Shown in pieces: positions 22,701 through 35,182 of a stretch of 64,000 bases of DNA (positions are counted from its first letter, which is position 1; each line of letters starts with the position of its first letter). The stretch comes from Octopus sinensis (Eukaryota), in the NCBI RefSeq assembly GCF_006345805.1, contig NC_043014.1, positions 25,110,001 through 25,174,000 of the forward strand, read 5' to 3'. The notes beneath the pieces are model-generated. The model had not been told where the DNA came from, ran no database searches, and saw only the letters and a program-made list of their open reading frames with translations. The translations under genes and the position numbers were made by a program.

Positions 22701-23414
22701 GACTCGTGGCCGATGCCAGCACCGCCTCGTCTGGCTTCCGTGCCGGTGGCACATAAAATACACCAATCCGACCGTGGCCGTTGCCAGCCTCGCCTGGCAC
22801 CTGTGCAGGTGGCACGTAAAAAGCACCCACTACACTCACGGAGTGGTTGGCGTTAGGAAGGGCATCCAGCTGTAGAAACACTGCCAGATAAGACTGGAGC
22901 CTGGTGCAGCCTTCTGGCTTCCCAGATCCCCGGTCGAACCGTCCAACCCATGCTAGCATGGAGAACGGACGTTAAATGATGATGATGATGATGATTTTAT
23001 TATAGTTTACAAATAACACTATACTTATTGAAGTAGAATTTGGCTAATTTACTACCTTAAATACAGAAAAAAGTGACTAGTTAAACTTACAAATTAGCTG
23101 AATAGTTTTGCACAATAAATTTGAAAGATGAGAACTGTAAAGAGTGATAAATTAGAAGAACTAGCATTCTTTGCTGCAATATTTTAAGTAAAAAGTTTCT
23201 TATTCTTTACTTTATTTGAAGTAATAGTTTGTTCTATACTTTTCCAGGTGTAATAACTTGACCTGTACTTTTCCAGGTTTATAATCTTAAGAATATTACT
23301 TTTCATGCTTGCATTTTTCCATGTAATATATATACATATATGAACACGAAAATCTTCTTCTTTTTCAGGCACTGAATAATATCTCCCCCTCCCTATGCCT
23401 CCTCCCACATTCCT

Positions 23415-25520
23415 TTCCCTATGTCAATGTAGACACACTGAAAGGTAGGTCTGGTGAGATTGTAGAGATGCTTGAATGGAGACATGTTGATGTATGCTGC
23501 ATACAAGAAGTAAGGTGGAGAGGTGCTTCATCCAGGGTCCTCACAGGTAACAGTGGTGAAGTAGGAGGTATGGGAATGCTCCTTGCAGAGAAATGGTTGG
23601 ATAAGGTCATAGAGGTAGTGAGGGTATGCGATAGAGTGCTTAAACTCAAGCTAGTCCTGCAGAATAGTATAGCTACAATTATCTCTGCCTACACCCCACA
23701 AGTGGGCCTACCAAACGATCAGAAGGACCACTTCTATGACACCCTTCTACAGGCCAGCTCAAGAAGAGTGACAACCTCATCTTTGCAGCTGAAGATTTTA
23801 ATGGGCATGTCCGATAGCAATCTGGCATCTTCTATGGTGTTCACAGGGGCCATGGAATTGGTTCCCAAAACAGAGGGAACTTTTCTGGACTACTGGAGTT
23901 CTGTGATGCATGTAACCTATTAATCTGCAACACTGGCTTCAGTAGCCAGACAACCACCTGATAACCTATCAATCAGGCAACTCTGCTAGCCAGATTGATT
24001 TCATCCTCACCAGATAGTGGGATGCAGGGTTGCTCTTAAATATAATGAACCTCCCTGTTGAAGTATGTACCCCCCAGCATAGACTAGTTATTAGTGACTT
24101 TAGACTCGAGGCCAGAAGGGTGCCAAGAAACAGACCAATCCAAAAAAGAAGGATTTGGAAGCTAAAGTACCCGTCACATGGTCAGAGATTTAGGGACATC
24201 CTCATTGAGAAATTTGATGAGTGGAAGGAGGAGCTACAGACTTCAGACATAGAGGGTAACTGGAAATTCCTACGGGACAGCTTACTGAGCACCACAGACC
24301 AAATCTGCGGATGGCGCAAAGTCCCTTTCAGACCTAGAGTAACGTGGTAGTGGAATAATATGATAGACAAGTCCATTAAAGCAAAGAAACAGGCCTGGAA
24401 AGCCTGGAAGAGTGGAGGTAGCAGAGAACTGTACCAGATAGCCAGAAGGAAGACTGGGAGACAGGTATATATAGCCAAGGGAAAAGCAGATAAGAAGAAG
24501 TTTACCAATGTTCAGCGACGTGAGGACCAATGAACTGAAGTATTTTGGATTGCAAGACAGTATGTGAGATAAAATTGTGATGTCACAAGAGAGAAATGTG
24601 TCTGCATGGATGATGGTGCACTTGCTTTCAATGATTCTGAAAAGAAAGAGGCTTGGAGAAGCCATTATGAAAGGCTGCTGAATGAGGAGAATGAATGGGA
24701 GGAGGAGGAGAGCCTGCCAAATGTTGACCCAGTAGAAGGACCAGTTACCCGAATAGGTAGCACCCTGGTAGATAAAGCAATTAAGGATATGAAGTCAGGA
24801 AAAGCCCCCAGCCCATCAGGAATCACTACTGAGATGCATAAAATATCTGGTGGTGTGGGTCATGGCCTTGTCACCTGTATTGTAAACCAGGTAGTTCATA
24901 AAGGAGTCATACCCATTGACTGGCGTAGCAGCACCATAGTCAGCTGCTACAGAGGTAAAGGTGATGCTTTAGATAGAAATAACTACAGGGGTATCAAACT
25001 GCTGGATCAGGTGATGAAGGTCACGGAGAGGGTCACAGCCCAATGAATTAGGGAGAAAATCTGCTTAGATGAGATGCAATTCAGTTTTGTGCCAGGTAAA
25101 AGCACCACTAATGCTATATTCCTCGTAAGGCAACTGCAGGAGAAATATCTAGCCAAATATAAACCCCTATACTTGTTGACTTGGGGAAAGCCTTTGACAG
25201 GGTCACCCAATCCCTTATCTGGTGGACTATGCAGGACATGGTGATTGACGTGTGGTTAATAAGCACTGTGTAGGCCTTGTACAGATATGCCGTTAGTATG
25301 GTAAGGGTTGGCATGAGTATAGTGAAGAATTCTGGGTAGAAGTAGGGGTTCACCAAGGATCAGCCCTCAGCCCCCTCTTATTCATCATAGTCCTCCAGAA
25401 AATAACAGAGAAATTCAAGACGGGCTGCCCCTAGGAGTTCCTCTATGCTGATGACCTTGTTCTAACACCTGAGTTACTATCAGAACTAGAGAGAAATTTC
25501 AGGTGTGGAAGCAAATACAG
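23415..25520 (+). mobile_element. Older, decayed RTE-clade LINE (APE to YADD, 3'-truncated)
   Basis: VCCIQEVRW, NYRGIKLL, CP*EFLYADD; many stops and frameshifts. Confidence 0.9.
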
Positions 25521-25599
25521 TTCTATATTTAAGAGATGAGGAATTTTGTACATTATTTACATTATTTACAATTGACTGATATTTGTCCTCATCTTTGTT

Positions 25600-26100
25600 G
25601 TGAGGAGAGAGAGGAGAGAAGAGAGAAAGAGAGTAAGAGAGAAGAGAGAAAGAGAAGGTGAAAGAGTAGGAGAGAAGAGAGAAAGAGAATAAGAGAGGAG
25701 AGAGAAAGAGAGTAAGAGAGAAGAGAGGAAGAGAGTAAGAGGGAAGAGGGAAAGAGGGGAGAGAAAGAGAGAAAGAGAGTAGGAGAGAAGAGAGAAAGAC
25801 AGTAAGAGAGAAGAGGGAAAGAGAGTAGGGGTGAAAGGAAGTATCAGTGAAGAGAAGTAGGAGTCGGGGCTAGAGAGGAGAGTTGGTGGAAAGAAGGAGG
25901 AGGGAGAGGGGGAGAGGAGAGAAGGAGAGTGAGGGAGCAGAGAAAAAGAGAGAAGAGAGAAAGAGAGTAAGGGAGAAGAGGGAAAGAGAGTAGGGGTGAA
26001 AAGATGTAGGAGTGAAGAGAAGTAGGAGTCAGGGAGGAGGTTAGATGAAGAGGGGAGGAGAGTTGAGCCCAAATGGCATAAAAGAGCGAAGAGAGAAGAT
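25600..26100. repeat. AG-rich low-complexity tract with higher-order repeats
   Basis: Recurrent gagagaagagagaaagagagtaag; 25780-25900 resembles 25940-26060. Confidence 0.85.
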
Positions 26101-26322
26101 TAATCCCTGTTCACGGCGCAAACGGGAGTCTGGATGGCCTCTGTGCAAGGACAATCTGAACACAGACAGGTGTTGCAAGGAGTGACCGGTGGAGCAGAAA
26201 TGGCGTGAGACTGAGGTGTCATTGCCGAGGCGGATGTATATATATCTTTATATACATATATTGTACACATATATATACATATATATACATGCATATATAT
26301 ATATATATACATACATACATAC

Positions 26323-26830
26323 ATCATCGTCATCGTTTAACATCTGCTTTCCATGCTAGCATGGGTTGGACGATTTGACTGAGGGCTGGCGAATCAGATG
26401 GCTGCACCAGGCTCCAATCTTGATCTGGCAGAGTTTCTACAGCTGGATGCCCTTCCTAACGCCAACCACTCCGAGAGTGTAGTGGGTGCTTTTACGTGCC
26501 ACCGGCATGGGGGCCAGTCAGGACGTACTGACAATGACCTCGCTCAACTGTTTTTACACATACCACTGGCACAAGTGGCAACGCTGGTAACGATCATGCT
26601 TGAATGGTACCTTTTATGTGCCACCGGCATGGAAGCCAGTTAGCCGCTCTGGCAATGATCATGCTTGGATAGTGCTCTTAGCACCCTACTAGCATGGGGT
26701 ACAAGTGCCAGTAAGACGACGCTGGTAACAATCACACTAGAATGGTACCTTTTATATGCCACTGGCACGGAAGCCGGTTAGCCGCTCTGTCAACAATCAC
26801 ACTCGTATGGTGCTCTTTGTGCCCCGCTAG
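26323..26830 (-). mobile_element. Solo RTE 3'UTR/tail
   Basis: catcatcgtcatcgtttaac..ttccatgctagcatgggttgg..ggatgcccttcctaacgccaacc plus modules. Confidence 0.85.
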
Positions 26831-27059
26831 CACGGATGCCAGTCATCGAATTTGATTTTTATTTCAAATATATATAAATATTTAAATATACTCACATATA
26901 TACATACATATGTATATATATATAAGTCTATATATATACATGTACATATATACATATACATCTATACATATACATGTATACATATGCATCTATACATATA
27001 CATCTATATATATACATATATACATACAAACATATGTGCAGATATATATACACATTTAT

Positions 27060-28990
27060 TATGAATCATGACAATTGTTTTGACACATCCAGCATTGATT
27101 CCTCTTGGGTGGGACACTCAACAACTGGTTCAAGAGCATCCGCTGGTGCAGATGTATCTCGTCAGGTGATAAATAAATACAACTCGTTAAAAATGACTGT
27201 TCCGCATTGTAACTTTCCGTTTTGTAGAGAGAAAAGCAGCCAGACAGAGGAAATATTTTCATTTATATATAAGATCAAAAATAAAATCACAGATGGCAAA
27301 AAGAAAAACAAACATGCAATCCAGTGAGAAAAGTATTAAAAAATAACCATTAATAGATATGGATGTATAAACGCCCTTGGGCAAGCTGCATGGCGCAAGT
27401 ACCTTAGCTTATACAAGCATCCACAAAAATGTGAGCATACACACACATGAGGTTTGGTGCACACATGATCACAAAGCAAGTTAGTTATCTACTTGGTGTT
27501 TAAAAGAATGGGGAGGTTAACTTAAGTTATCCATATCTTAAAGTAAATTAAGTTAAGTTGACAGTTACTCAAAATTCATTCTCACAACATTGTGCAAAAG
27601 TACATTTATATGCATGTAGGAATCTCGAAAGTTATTCAAAAATTCTATTAATTATCTTCTCATTAGTCCACAGAATAGACAGGGGTTCCTCAGAACAGAG
27701 ATGGCATCTCTTGGAAATTATATTGTATGGTTTCACATACCTTAGTATAGACTAATTAATGCTGCACTTCATTTTATCATCCTTCAGTCGCCATACAAAA
27801 TCTACCAAAGATGTTCAATGTCTCTTATTGAATGTCTTAAAGCTGGCAACATGGTTACAATAACAATTCTTAACGGAATCAGCTGTCTGTCCAATGTAAA
27901 CATATGGCCTTCCCTTTGTGTGCACGGTACATTTATATACAAGATTTGTATTCATACAGAGATTCATCAGAGGACATTTTGATTTCTCTCTGCATGAGCA
28001 TTTATCACATCTATTTTATATAAGGCTGTCCCAACTCCATTTACCGACATTGTTACCATCCTAGCTCTGATTCTTAGTACTTCTACTACTACTACAAATT
28101 GGTTGTAGTTGGTGTTTATCAATGTGGTTTACATCTCCTTGGTTTACATCTCCTTGGATGCAAATGTTTGCTACATCCAGTTGGTGGATTAATGAACCTT
28201 TGCTGCATTTTGCTATTGTTTATGCAATGCATAAGCTGCTCCAAATTAGCAGAGTTGGCACATGATATCTTCATGGTGTGTTGATTAAAAATAGCATGAT
28301 ACCGATTAGGTTTAGGAAAACACTTGTCCAAAGCAGCAAAAAAAATTTTCAGCAATCTTGGTTGAAACATGCAAACTGAAAATCGGGCTGAACCAGAGGA
28401 TATCCCGATTCCTATATCTGTTGTTAGGCTTATTTGATCGAGTGTGTTATACAGGACTGGAACAAGCAGTTGAATTATTATGCCACGTGTGTCTATGAGT
28501 TTTTGTTGGTAGTTCATAGATATGACCAATTCTTTCTGGCCTGTATTCTTTATCTGAGTGAGTTCTCAAATGGTAACATTGTGGTGGTATACAATGTGAA
28601 TCTCATTTGGAGGAATTACCAGAGTTGTGTATGCCTGTTTCTTGTATATATTGAATTTTTTCATGTTATCCAACCCTAGCTAGAGCAGCATTATGATAAG
28701 TTGCATGAGATTCAAAAATTTTACTATTAGCAGATAATCTAGAGATTCTTGTAGAATTATTCTTAACTAGGCCCCATATAATTGAGGGTGGATGGTTGGA
28801 TGTTACGTTAATGTACTTAATATGATCATTTGGCTTATGAAATGGTTCAAATAATCCAATATCAAGACAGGAGGTAGTATCAAGAAAGTCCACTCTACGA
28901 TAATCTTTACTTATGGTAATGTTTAGTCCTAAATTTTTGAAAAGTCTAAAGAAATTTTTCCTAAGCCTTTCTAACTGCACATTACTACTT
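27060..28990 (-). mobile_element. 5'-truncated Penelope-like element, Naiad-type (RT C-terminus, GIY-YIG, pLTR region)
   Basis: VDFLD, KPNDHIKYINVTSNHPPSII, FFAALDKCFPK..IFNQHTMKIS; my translation of 27600-28010 gives CSCREKSKCPL..LVYKC..YIGQT..NH..SF..W.LK..RCHLCSEE. Confidence 0.82.
27117..27169 (-). ncRNA. Degenerate hammerhead-like motif downstream of the Naiad-type PLE
   Basis: Minus strand TCAC-CTGACGA-GATACATCTG CACCAG CGGATG..-GAAC CAG TT-GTTGA. Canonical CUGACGA, partly paired stem II, damaged GAAA. Confidence 0.35.
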
Positions 28991-29129
28991 CTGTCTAGGA
29001 AAAATAAGGTGTTATCCCTATATAAACCCCTGTTACTTCCAGAAATCTACCAGGTGTAAACGATTCATTTTATTATCCATTAGACATAAATATATATATA
29101 TATATATAATGAATATATCATCTTCACCA

Positions 29130-29278
29130 TGATAGATTGCTAGCCACTACACATTCTTTATTTTCCCTCCTTGTTTCTTTCTGTGTTCCTTTCTGTGGAA
29201 GAGCATAGGCTCAAAACATTAAAGACTTTTTCACTTCTTGAGCGTTATACTAATACATCTGTTTGTTGTCTACACCAT
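29130..29278 (+). mobile_element. PLE pLTR-like repeat with a damaged hammerhead (29189-29224)
   Basis: CTTT-CTGTGGAA-GAGC ATAG GCTC-AAAA-CA-TT-AAAG (G12 lost); same family as 4425-4860. Confidence 0.6.
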
Positions 29279-29368
29279 GTATGTATGTATGTATGTATGT
29301 ATGTATGTATGTATGTATGTATGTATGTATGTATGTATGTATGTATGTATGTATGTATGTATGTATGT
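29279..29368. repeat. (GTAT)n microsatellite
   Basis: Direct reading. Confidence 0.97.
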
Positions 29369-29469
29369 AGGCAAGTATATATGTAATGTAAGATAATAGT
29401 TTCACTAAGTATGTATAACGTACATAGTGAAACTATTAAAAGCCAAACTATTATCTCATATTACAATAC

Positions 29470-29725
29470 AGATATTATTGTTTCATTTTTGATATGTAAT
29501 ACCAAAACAATGTAAGAGATGGCTCCAGGCTCACATTAGGCAGGATAGAAAAGAAGTCGAAAATTTTTTTGGCCTATAACACTCCATGAACCCTAAGTAG
29601 TGCATGCGTAAAATTGGATTGAAATCAGTTGGGTAGTTCTCGAGGTTTAGTGATGCACACATGCAGAGAGAAAGACAGGCTGGCACACACACACACACAC
29701 ATTCTCACTTATATATATATATAGA
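29470..29725 (-). mobile_element. Helitron-like 5' segment
   Basis: Minus strand A|TCTATATATATAT..AAGTGAGAATGTGTGTG; this architecture is typical of small invertebrate Helitrons. Confidence 0.45.
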
Positions 29726-30206
29726 TATCTTGCCAATAAAGAAAGAGCTGGTTTCCACTTTTGACCCAAGGCTCCTTCATTGGAATTTCAAAATCAACAG
29801 AATATTTGTGTATCTATGTGTGTAAGTGAGCAGTATCTGGAGTCCATGCTTGTGTAAACTTATAGTTTTGTTTTATCTATGTATTCTCATGTATATAGTT
29901 GCATGTTTTGACATGCGCATATATACTCAAATACTAAACTTTTGGAAAGTTTTACAAATTTTTACAATTCCGTTGATGGCTTGAATCTGTAGTCTGCAAA
30001 TTAGCTTTCTCCATCCTGGTTTTGAGAAGCTTAATTTCTCAAGATTGGTGTTTAGGCAACGTGTTACATATCCCTGTGCACCGATAATTACAGGTATAAA
30101 GCTGAATTTGTAATCTGGATAGAATAACTGTAAGTTTCTGAATAGTTCAGCGTAGGTGTTTTCTTTTTCACTGATCTTTAGCTTTATGTTGATATCTGCT
30201 TGGCAG
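29726..30206 (-). mobile_element. R4/Dong-like non-LTR fragment (RLE end and 3'UTR)
   Basis: Colinear with 30735-31190; 5' junction abuts (GTAT)n from 30207. Confidence 0.8.
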
Positions 30207-30710
30207 CTGTATGTATGTATGTATGTATGTATGTATGTATGTATGTATGTATGTATGTATGTATGGATGGATGGATGTATGCATGCATGTATGTATCTAT
30301 ATATGTATGTATTTATGCATGCATGTATGCATTTGTGTGTGTATGTATGTATGTCAAATACTGTCAGTGTTGCAGGTTTTCTCTCAGAGTTTTGCTCTCC
30401 TAGAATGATGTTGTGACAGCAGCAGAGAGGGCCTCTACTCCCTGTGGGTCAATCGCATGCCTGGCCACCAGCCCAGGTAGTTCTTTTTGAGTTTATGTTG
30501 TCCATGTTCAGAGAGTGAGATTGGATTTGTGCAAGTCCTTTCCCCGCTATAAAAAAAATCATCATACATCGCTTGAAAAGAAAAGTAAGACCTACCACAA
30601 AATTGGCTGGTTGTAGTCTTTGCATGTGTAGGACTTTCAACCAGGCAATGGCTATACTCGAACACAAGTTTGCAGCCATCATCATGTAGGTATGTATGGA
30701 TGGATGGATG

Positions 30711-33030
30711 TCATAATTCAGTTTTATTTCAAGATTTCTAGCCAATAGAAAAAGAGTCAGTTTCTAACCTAGATCCAAGGTTCCTTCATTGGAATTTCAA
30801 CATTAACAACAGGGTATTTTTGTATGTATGTATATATACATGCAGATTTGTATGTTTTGTTTAATGTGTTTTCTCATACATATACTTGCACATTTAGACT
30901 TGTTCATATATGCGTAAATGATAAACTTCTGGAAAGTTTTACAGATTATTACTGTTCTAATGATGGATCTGTAGTCTTCGAATCAGCTTTCTCCTTTCTG
31001 ATTTTGAGAAACCTAATTTTTCTAGATTGGTATTTGAGCAGTGTGTTACATATCCCAGTGCCCAATAATTACAGGTATAAACCTGAACTTGTAATCTGGA
31101 TAGAATGACTACAGATTTCTCAATAGTTCAGCATAAGTATTCTATGTTTCACTGATCTTCAGCTTTATGTTAACATGCACTGGGCAGCTGATTTCCACAA
31201 CTGTATGCATTTTCTCTTCTCTATCCCAAATCTTTATATCAGGTCTGTTGTGTTTGCATTTCATTGAGGTTTCCACTGGGACATTCCACCAGTATTCCTT
31301 TTTATCATGAGTGGCTATAGCTTCCATCATTCTGTGGGTTCTTATTTCTTTGTCCTCAGGGTTATCTTTTTCAACAGATCTCACTATACTGTGTCTTAGC
31401 TATGTCATGTCGCATCAGTAGATAATACCATAATGATATTTTTGGACAACTGCTTAAGATATGGGTGATATCTTCAGTATTAATTCCATAAAGTCTGCAT
31501 CGGTTGTCACATTTTATTGTTTTTCCTGCATCTCTGTCCCTTTTGTGCATCAAGTATTTGTATTTCCTGTTCCTGGATTGTAAATGCATACCCTTCAATG
31601 TGGGAGATAGTAATCTGGTTGTTGGTCCATGATAGATTGCTTTGGTCATCAATGTTACTATCCTGTCTGAGCTTTCTATTAACATATCTATGCATGGTCC
31701 ATATATGCTCATCCTTTCACCTGATGATGTGTTGTGGTAGAATTGTGCAACTTCTTTGGGCATGTGTTTAGGGTTATCAGACAAGGAATGTTGCTCAAGG
31801 AGCTGCCTTTCAACCTGATGTTTGCAAACTTGGTCAAAGGATGCACTTCAACACTTGGTGGTTAAAAGATGTTGCCAAATGGATATGTTATGACATTCAA
31901 AGGCACTGGATCATGTTAAGCCTCAGCCGCCTTGTTTTCATTTTAGGTAGAGGCAGTCTACGTCACTGTTTATGTGGAAATTAAGTGTGCATGTTAGTAT
32001 TTTCAAAGTTTCACATCAATGGCTCAGATATCTTCAAATATCCAATAATGCAGTCTAAATGTTGGTATAAGTACTGGCACTACAAACACATTGTGTACCA
32101 CTGTTTTATTGAATGCAGAGAGTTCTGAGGTATAAAGTTTCTTTATCCAACTGTAATATTCTTTAGTGACACATGTTTTGTTACAGGTGCTATTGTAAGA
32201 TATGCTTTCATCCACCCCTAGATACCTGTAAGATTCCTCATCAGATATAAGGGAAACAGTCAAGTCATTGATGGAGATGTTGCTTAGCCTGGTTTACAGT
32301 TTTCCCCTGTTTCACAACCATATAACAACATTTCTCCTGAGCAAACTCCAACTGTGTAGCCTTTGTAATGTTGTAACCAGGTCAAGGCTCTTTTACAACT
32401 TATACATATTCCTTGCATAAAGTTTCAAGTCATCCACAAAGAAGCAATGTATAATTTTGGTATTTCTGTTTCCTTGTAAACCAGTGAGATATCCTTCAGA
32501 CTTCCTTAACATTAATGACAAGGGGTTTACGGAAAATATAAACAACATCACAGAGAAGTTGTCCCCTTGGAACATGCCTCTGCGATACTGTATTCTATCA
32601 GTGATAGTACAGTCACTCTTTGTGTTTAATTTGAAGATGGTGACCAGATGGGGAATAGAGTCAAAGGCTTTCTTGTAGTCTAGCCACATTGAAACTAAGT
32701 GCTTCTTGTGCTCCCGCACCTCTGACATCACAGTTTTGTTGATTAAAAATTACTCGGTACATCTCCAGACTCCCTTCTTCCCAGCTGCTTGTTCTGCTGT
32801 GATGATGTTATTGGTTTCACAAGGATATTGGAGAAAGAGGTTTAAGCATGCTGTATATATCTTATACATTAAGTTCTGGCATGCAGTTGGCAAGTAGTTT
32901 TTTGCCATGTGGGTGGTTCTGCATTTGACGATCAATTTTGTCTCTACCAGAGCTAACCAGTGTGGTATGCTACTGATCCAATTGAGAGCTTGCTGGGATG
33001 ATAATTATTTGTTGTTATAACTGCATATTG
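30711..33030 (-). mobile_element. R4/Dong-like non-LTR retrotransposon (RT plus restriction-like endonuclease), decayed
   Basis: WLDYKKAFDSIPH, RGMFQGD, FFVDDLKLY, YRYLG, and HNRPDIKIWD..VVEISCP (PD..E/D motif); 3' end at (TATG/GGAT)n. Confidence 0.88.
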
Positions 33031-33784
33031 TAAGATGTAAAAGATAGACAATGCATGAAGTTTTAAGGAAATATTTATTTACTGTTACGCTGAAAAACAC
33101 CATACCTCGACGGGCAGGTTGTGATAAATCCAAAAGCATGCGAGTAAAGTTTGTGTTTGTATCCTCTTCATTATTTAGTAGTAAACACAGAGAGAGATAG
33201 AATGATGTTGTAGGAGAACAGAATTAGAGCTAGTGAGAATTGTAGGGTGTGGGACGTTGCTGACAGTAAACTTCATATCTCTCTCTGACCAAGGCTGGTC
33301 AGCCAGACCTCGTTGAGTCATCACCGACTGTGAATAACTCCGTTGAGTTGTCATGACTGTGACGAACTCATTTTTGCTTGGGGTATGCTTGCTTGTATAA
33401 AGATACAGAAGGATAGATATATCAGTGAGAACAATAGATTTAGTTGGTGATCTTGTTATCTTCACTTTTGGTGAAGTAGAAGAGGTTAGAAAGGGTCAAG
33501 TAGTGAAGACATTATTTCGACCTAGCTAAAGGCATCTGGAAAATGTAAAACTGCTGTCAGAGAAAAACCATTGTTCCACCATGGGAACAGTTCTGTTGCA
33601 GCGTTAATTTAAATTTGGCTATAGTGGATCGAATCCACTTCATACATGCAAGATCCACTACAGAGAGCTTGCTGGTACAAGTTGATAAAATATGGTTATG
33701 TATGTATGTATGTACGTATGTATGTATGTGTGTGTGCGTGTTTGTTTGTTTGTGTGTGTGTATATGTGTGTGTGTGTGTATGTC

Positions 33785-35182
33785 AATTATTATTCAGTTT
33801 TATTTCAAGATTTCTTGCCAATAGAGAAAGTGCTGGTTTCTAACCTAGATCCAAGGTTCCTTCATTGGAATTTCAACATCAACAACAGGGTATTTTTGTA
33901 TGTATGTGTGCAGAATTGTATGTTTAAATGACTAGCCTAAGGTGACCCGCTCTACGCGCGGGTAAGAGTGTGGTTCTTACTTTCTGTTGCTTCCTTTCTG
34001 CTTTTTATCACCACATTCTCCCTCTTTGTCTCTCTCTCACTTTCTCACTCTGTTACTCTTCCTTTCTCTCGGACTCTCCCTTGCTTTCTCTTACTCTCTA
34101 TCTTTCTCTATCTATCTCTCTCCCATTTATAAACAACAAAAGATCTTGAGTAAGTTGAGAAAGAAAATATTTTGAAGGATCAGTCATAAATATCAGGCAG
34201 TGACAACGGAAAGGTCTGCTTCAAGGCAGACAGTAAAACACTAACATTTAAAAGGGACAGACAAACTTGCGAGCTGAATAAAAATTTTAAAAAAATATTG
34301 GAAACCAAAGTTTGAAGGGATAGAATCTGAGGATAGTAGAGTCACCATGGCTGGCATTTCTTAACGACGGACAGCAACGTATTGACAGTTTAACGGCTGG
34401 TGTAAAATTTTGAACTTGATGTAAAAGAAAATCCCTGAACACCAAGTTTTGAAGTGATTCTTTCTCACAACAGTAGACTCACCATGGCAAGCATTCAAAA
34501 CTTCTTCATAATGGACGGCAACACATTGAAGATTTAAAGGCTGGTGCAAATTTTTTAGCTTGATGTAACAGAGAATTGCTAAACACCCGCTCCTGTAAAT
34601 TTTAATCCCCTTCTAGCCCCATTTAGACCCCTTTTCACATTTTGGTTAATATAACCCGATTTCATTCAGGTCTACTTGGGCCACATTTTATAAGATGAGG
34701 AATTTTACATGTCCCTGTAAATTTTGGAGTCAATCCGACGGGATCTAGTGGCCTTTAACCCGTTCTCAATGCCAAAACCAGACAAACAAACTTTTCACAT
34801 TTCTGAATTAATTATAGAGATAAACTTCAGGAAAGTTTTACAGATTTTTACAGTTCCAGTGATGGATTGGATCTACAGTCTTCAAATCAGCTTTCTCCTT
34901 TCTGGTTTTGAGAAACCTAATTTCTCAAGATTGGTATTTAAGCAGTGTGTTACATACCCCAGTGCTCCAATAATTACAGGCAATAAACCTGAACTTGTAA
35001 GCTGGATAGAATAACCGCAGATTTCTCAATAGTTCAGACCAGGTATTCATTTTTCCACTATTAACATCCACTGGGCAACTGATTTCCACAACTGTACTTA
35101 GTTTCACTTCTCTATCCCAAATCATTATATCAGGTCTATTGTGTTTATATTTTATTGAGTTTTTCACTGGGTCATTCAACTA
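33785..35182 (-). mobile_element. R4/Dong-like fragment split by a Helitron
   Basis: HNRPDIMIWD..VVEISCPVD at 34925-35179; 3'UTR at 33785-33931; (TATG)-type repeats at both ends. Confidence 0.85.
33932..34820 (-). mobile_element. Composite non-autonomous Helitron with two 5' termini (34695 and 34820)
   Basis: CTAG at 33932-33935 and hairpin at 33946-33962; empty site aaatgA|Taaactt matches the uninterrupted R4 copy near 30915-30925; no TSD. Confidence 0.85.

Larger units (their letters stand above)
18978..22995 (+). mobile_element. Near full-length RTE-clade LINE (APE-RT), about two lesions from intact
   Basis: VGTLNVGTL..CCIQEVRW..SAYAPQ..GDFNGHVG..QIDYIL; 1-bp loss near 19710-19720; RT interrupted by TGA at 20906-20908; YADD, PHD-like finger, LRWYGH, GRPRKTW; 3'UTR and (GAT)n tail. 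Confidence 0.95.

Noticed and set aside
22775-22815. GGCCG..GCCAG-CCTCGC-CTGGC module as an HDV-like ribozyme
   Set aside because: Only a P3/L3-like hairpin; no P1, P1.1 or P2 pairing was found.
25566-26072. 168-aa Leu/Ser/Phe-rich ORF
   Set aside because: Antisense translation of an AG-rich low-complexity tract.
27780-27830. In-frame TGA in the Naiad GIY-YIG as selenocysteine (some Naiads are selenoproteins)
   Set aside because: The TGA is not at a Cys-ligand position (context RH*TSL), a TAG also interrupts the frame, and no SECIS was recognised; decay is simpler.
30360-30690. Minus-strand ORFs 30435-30665 and 30449-30745
   Set aside because: No recognisable motif; possibly an old retroelement scrap but unassignable.
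33490-33545. Minus-strand CAGATGC..GGTCGAAATAATGTC as a hammerhead
   Set aside because: Core mutated and no stem I complement.
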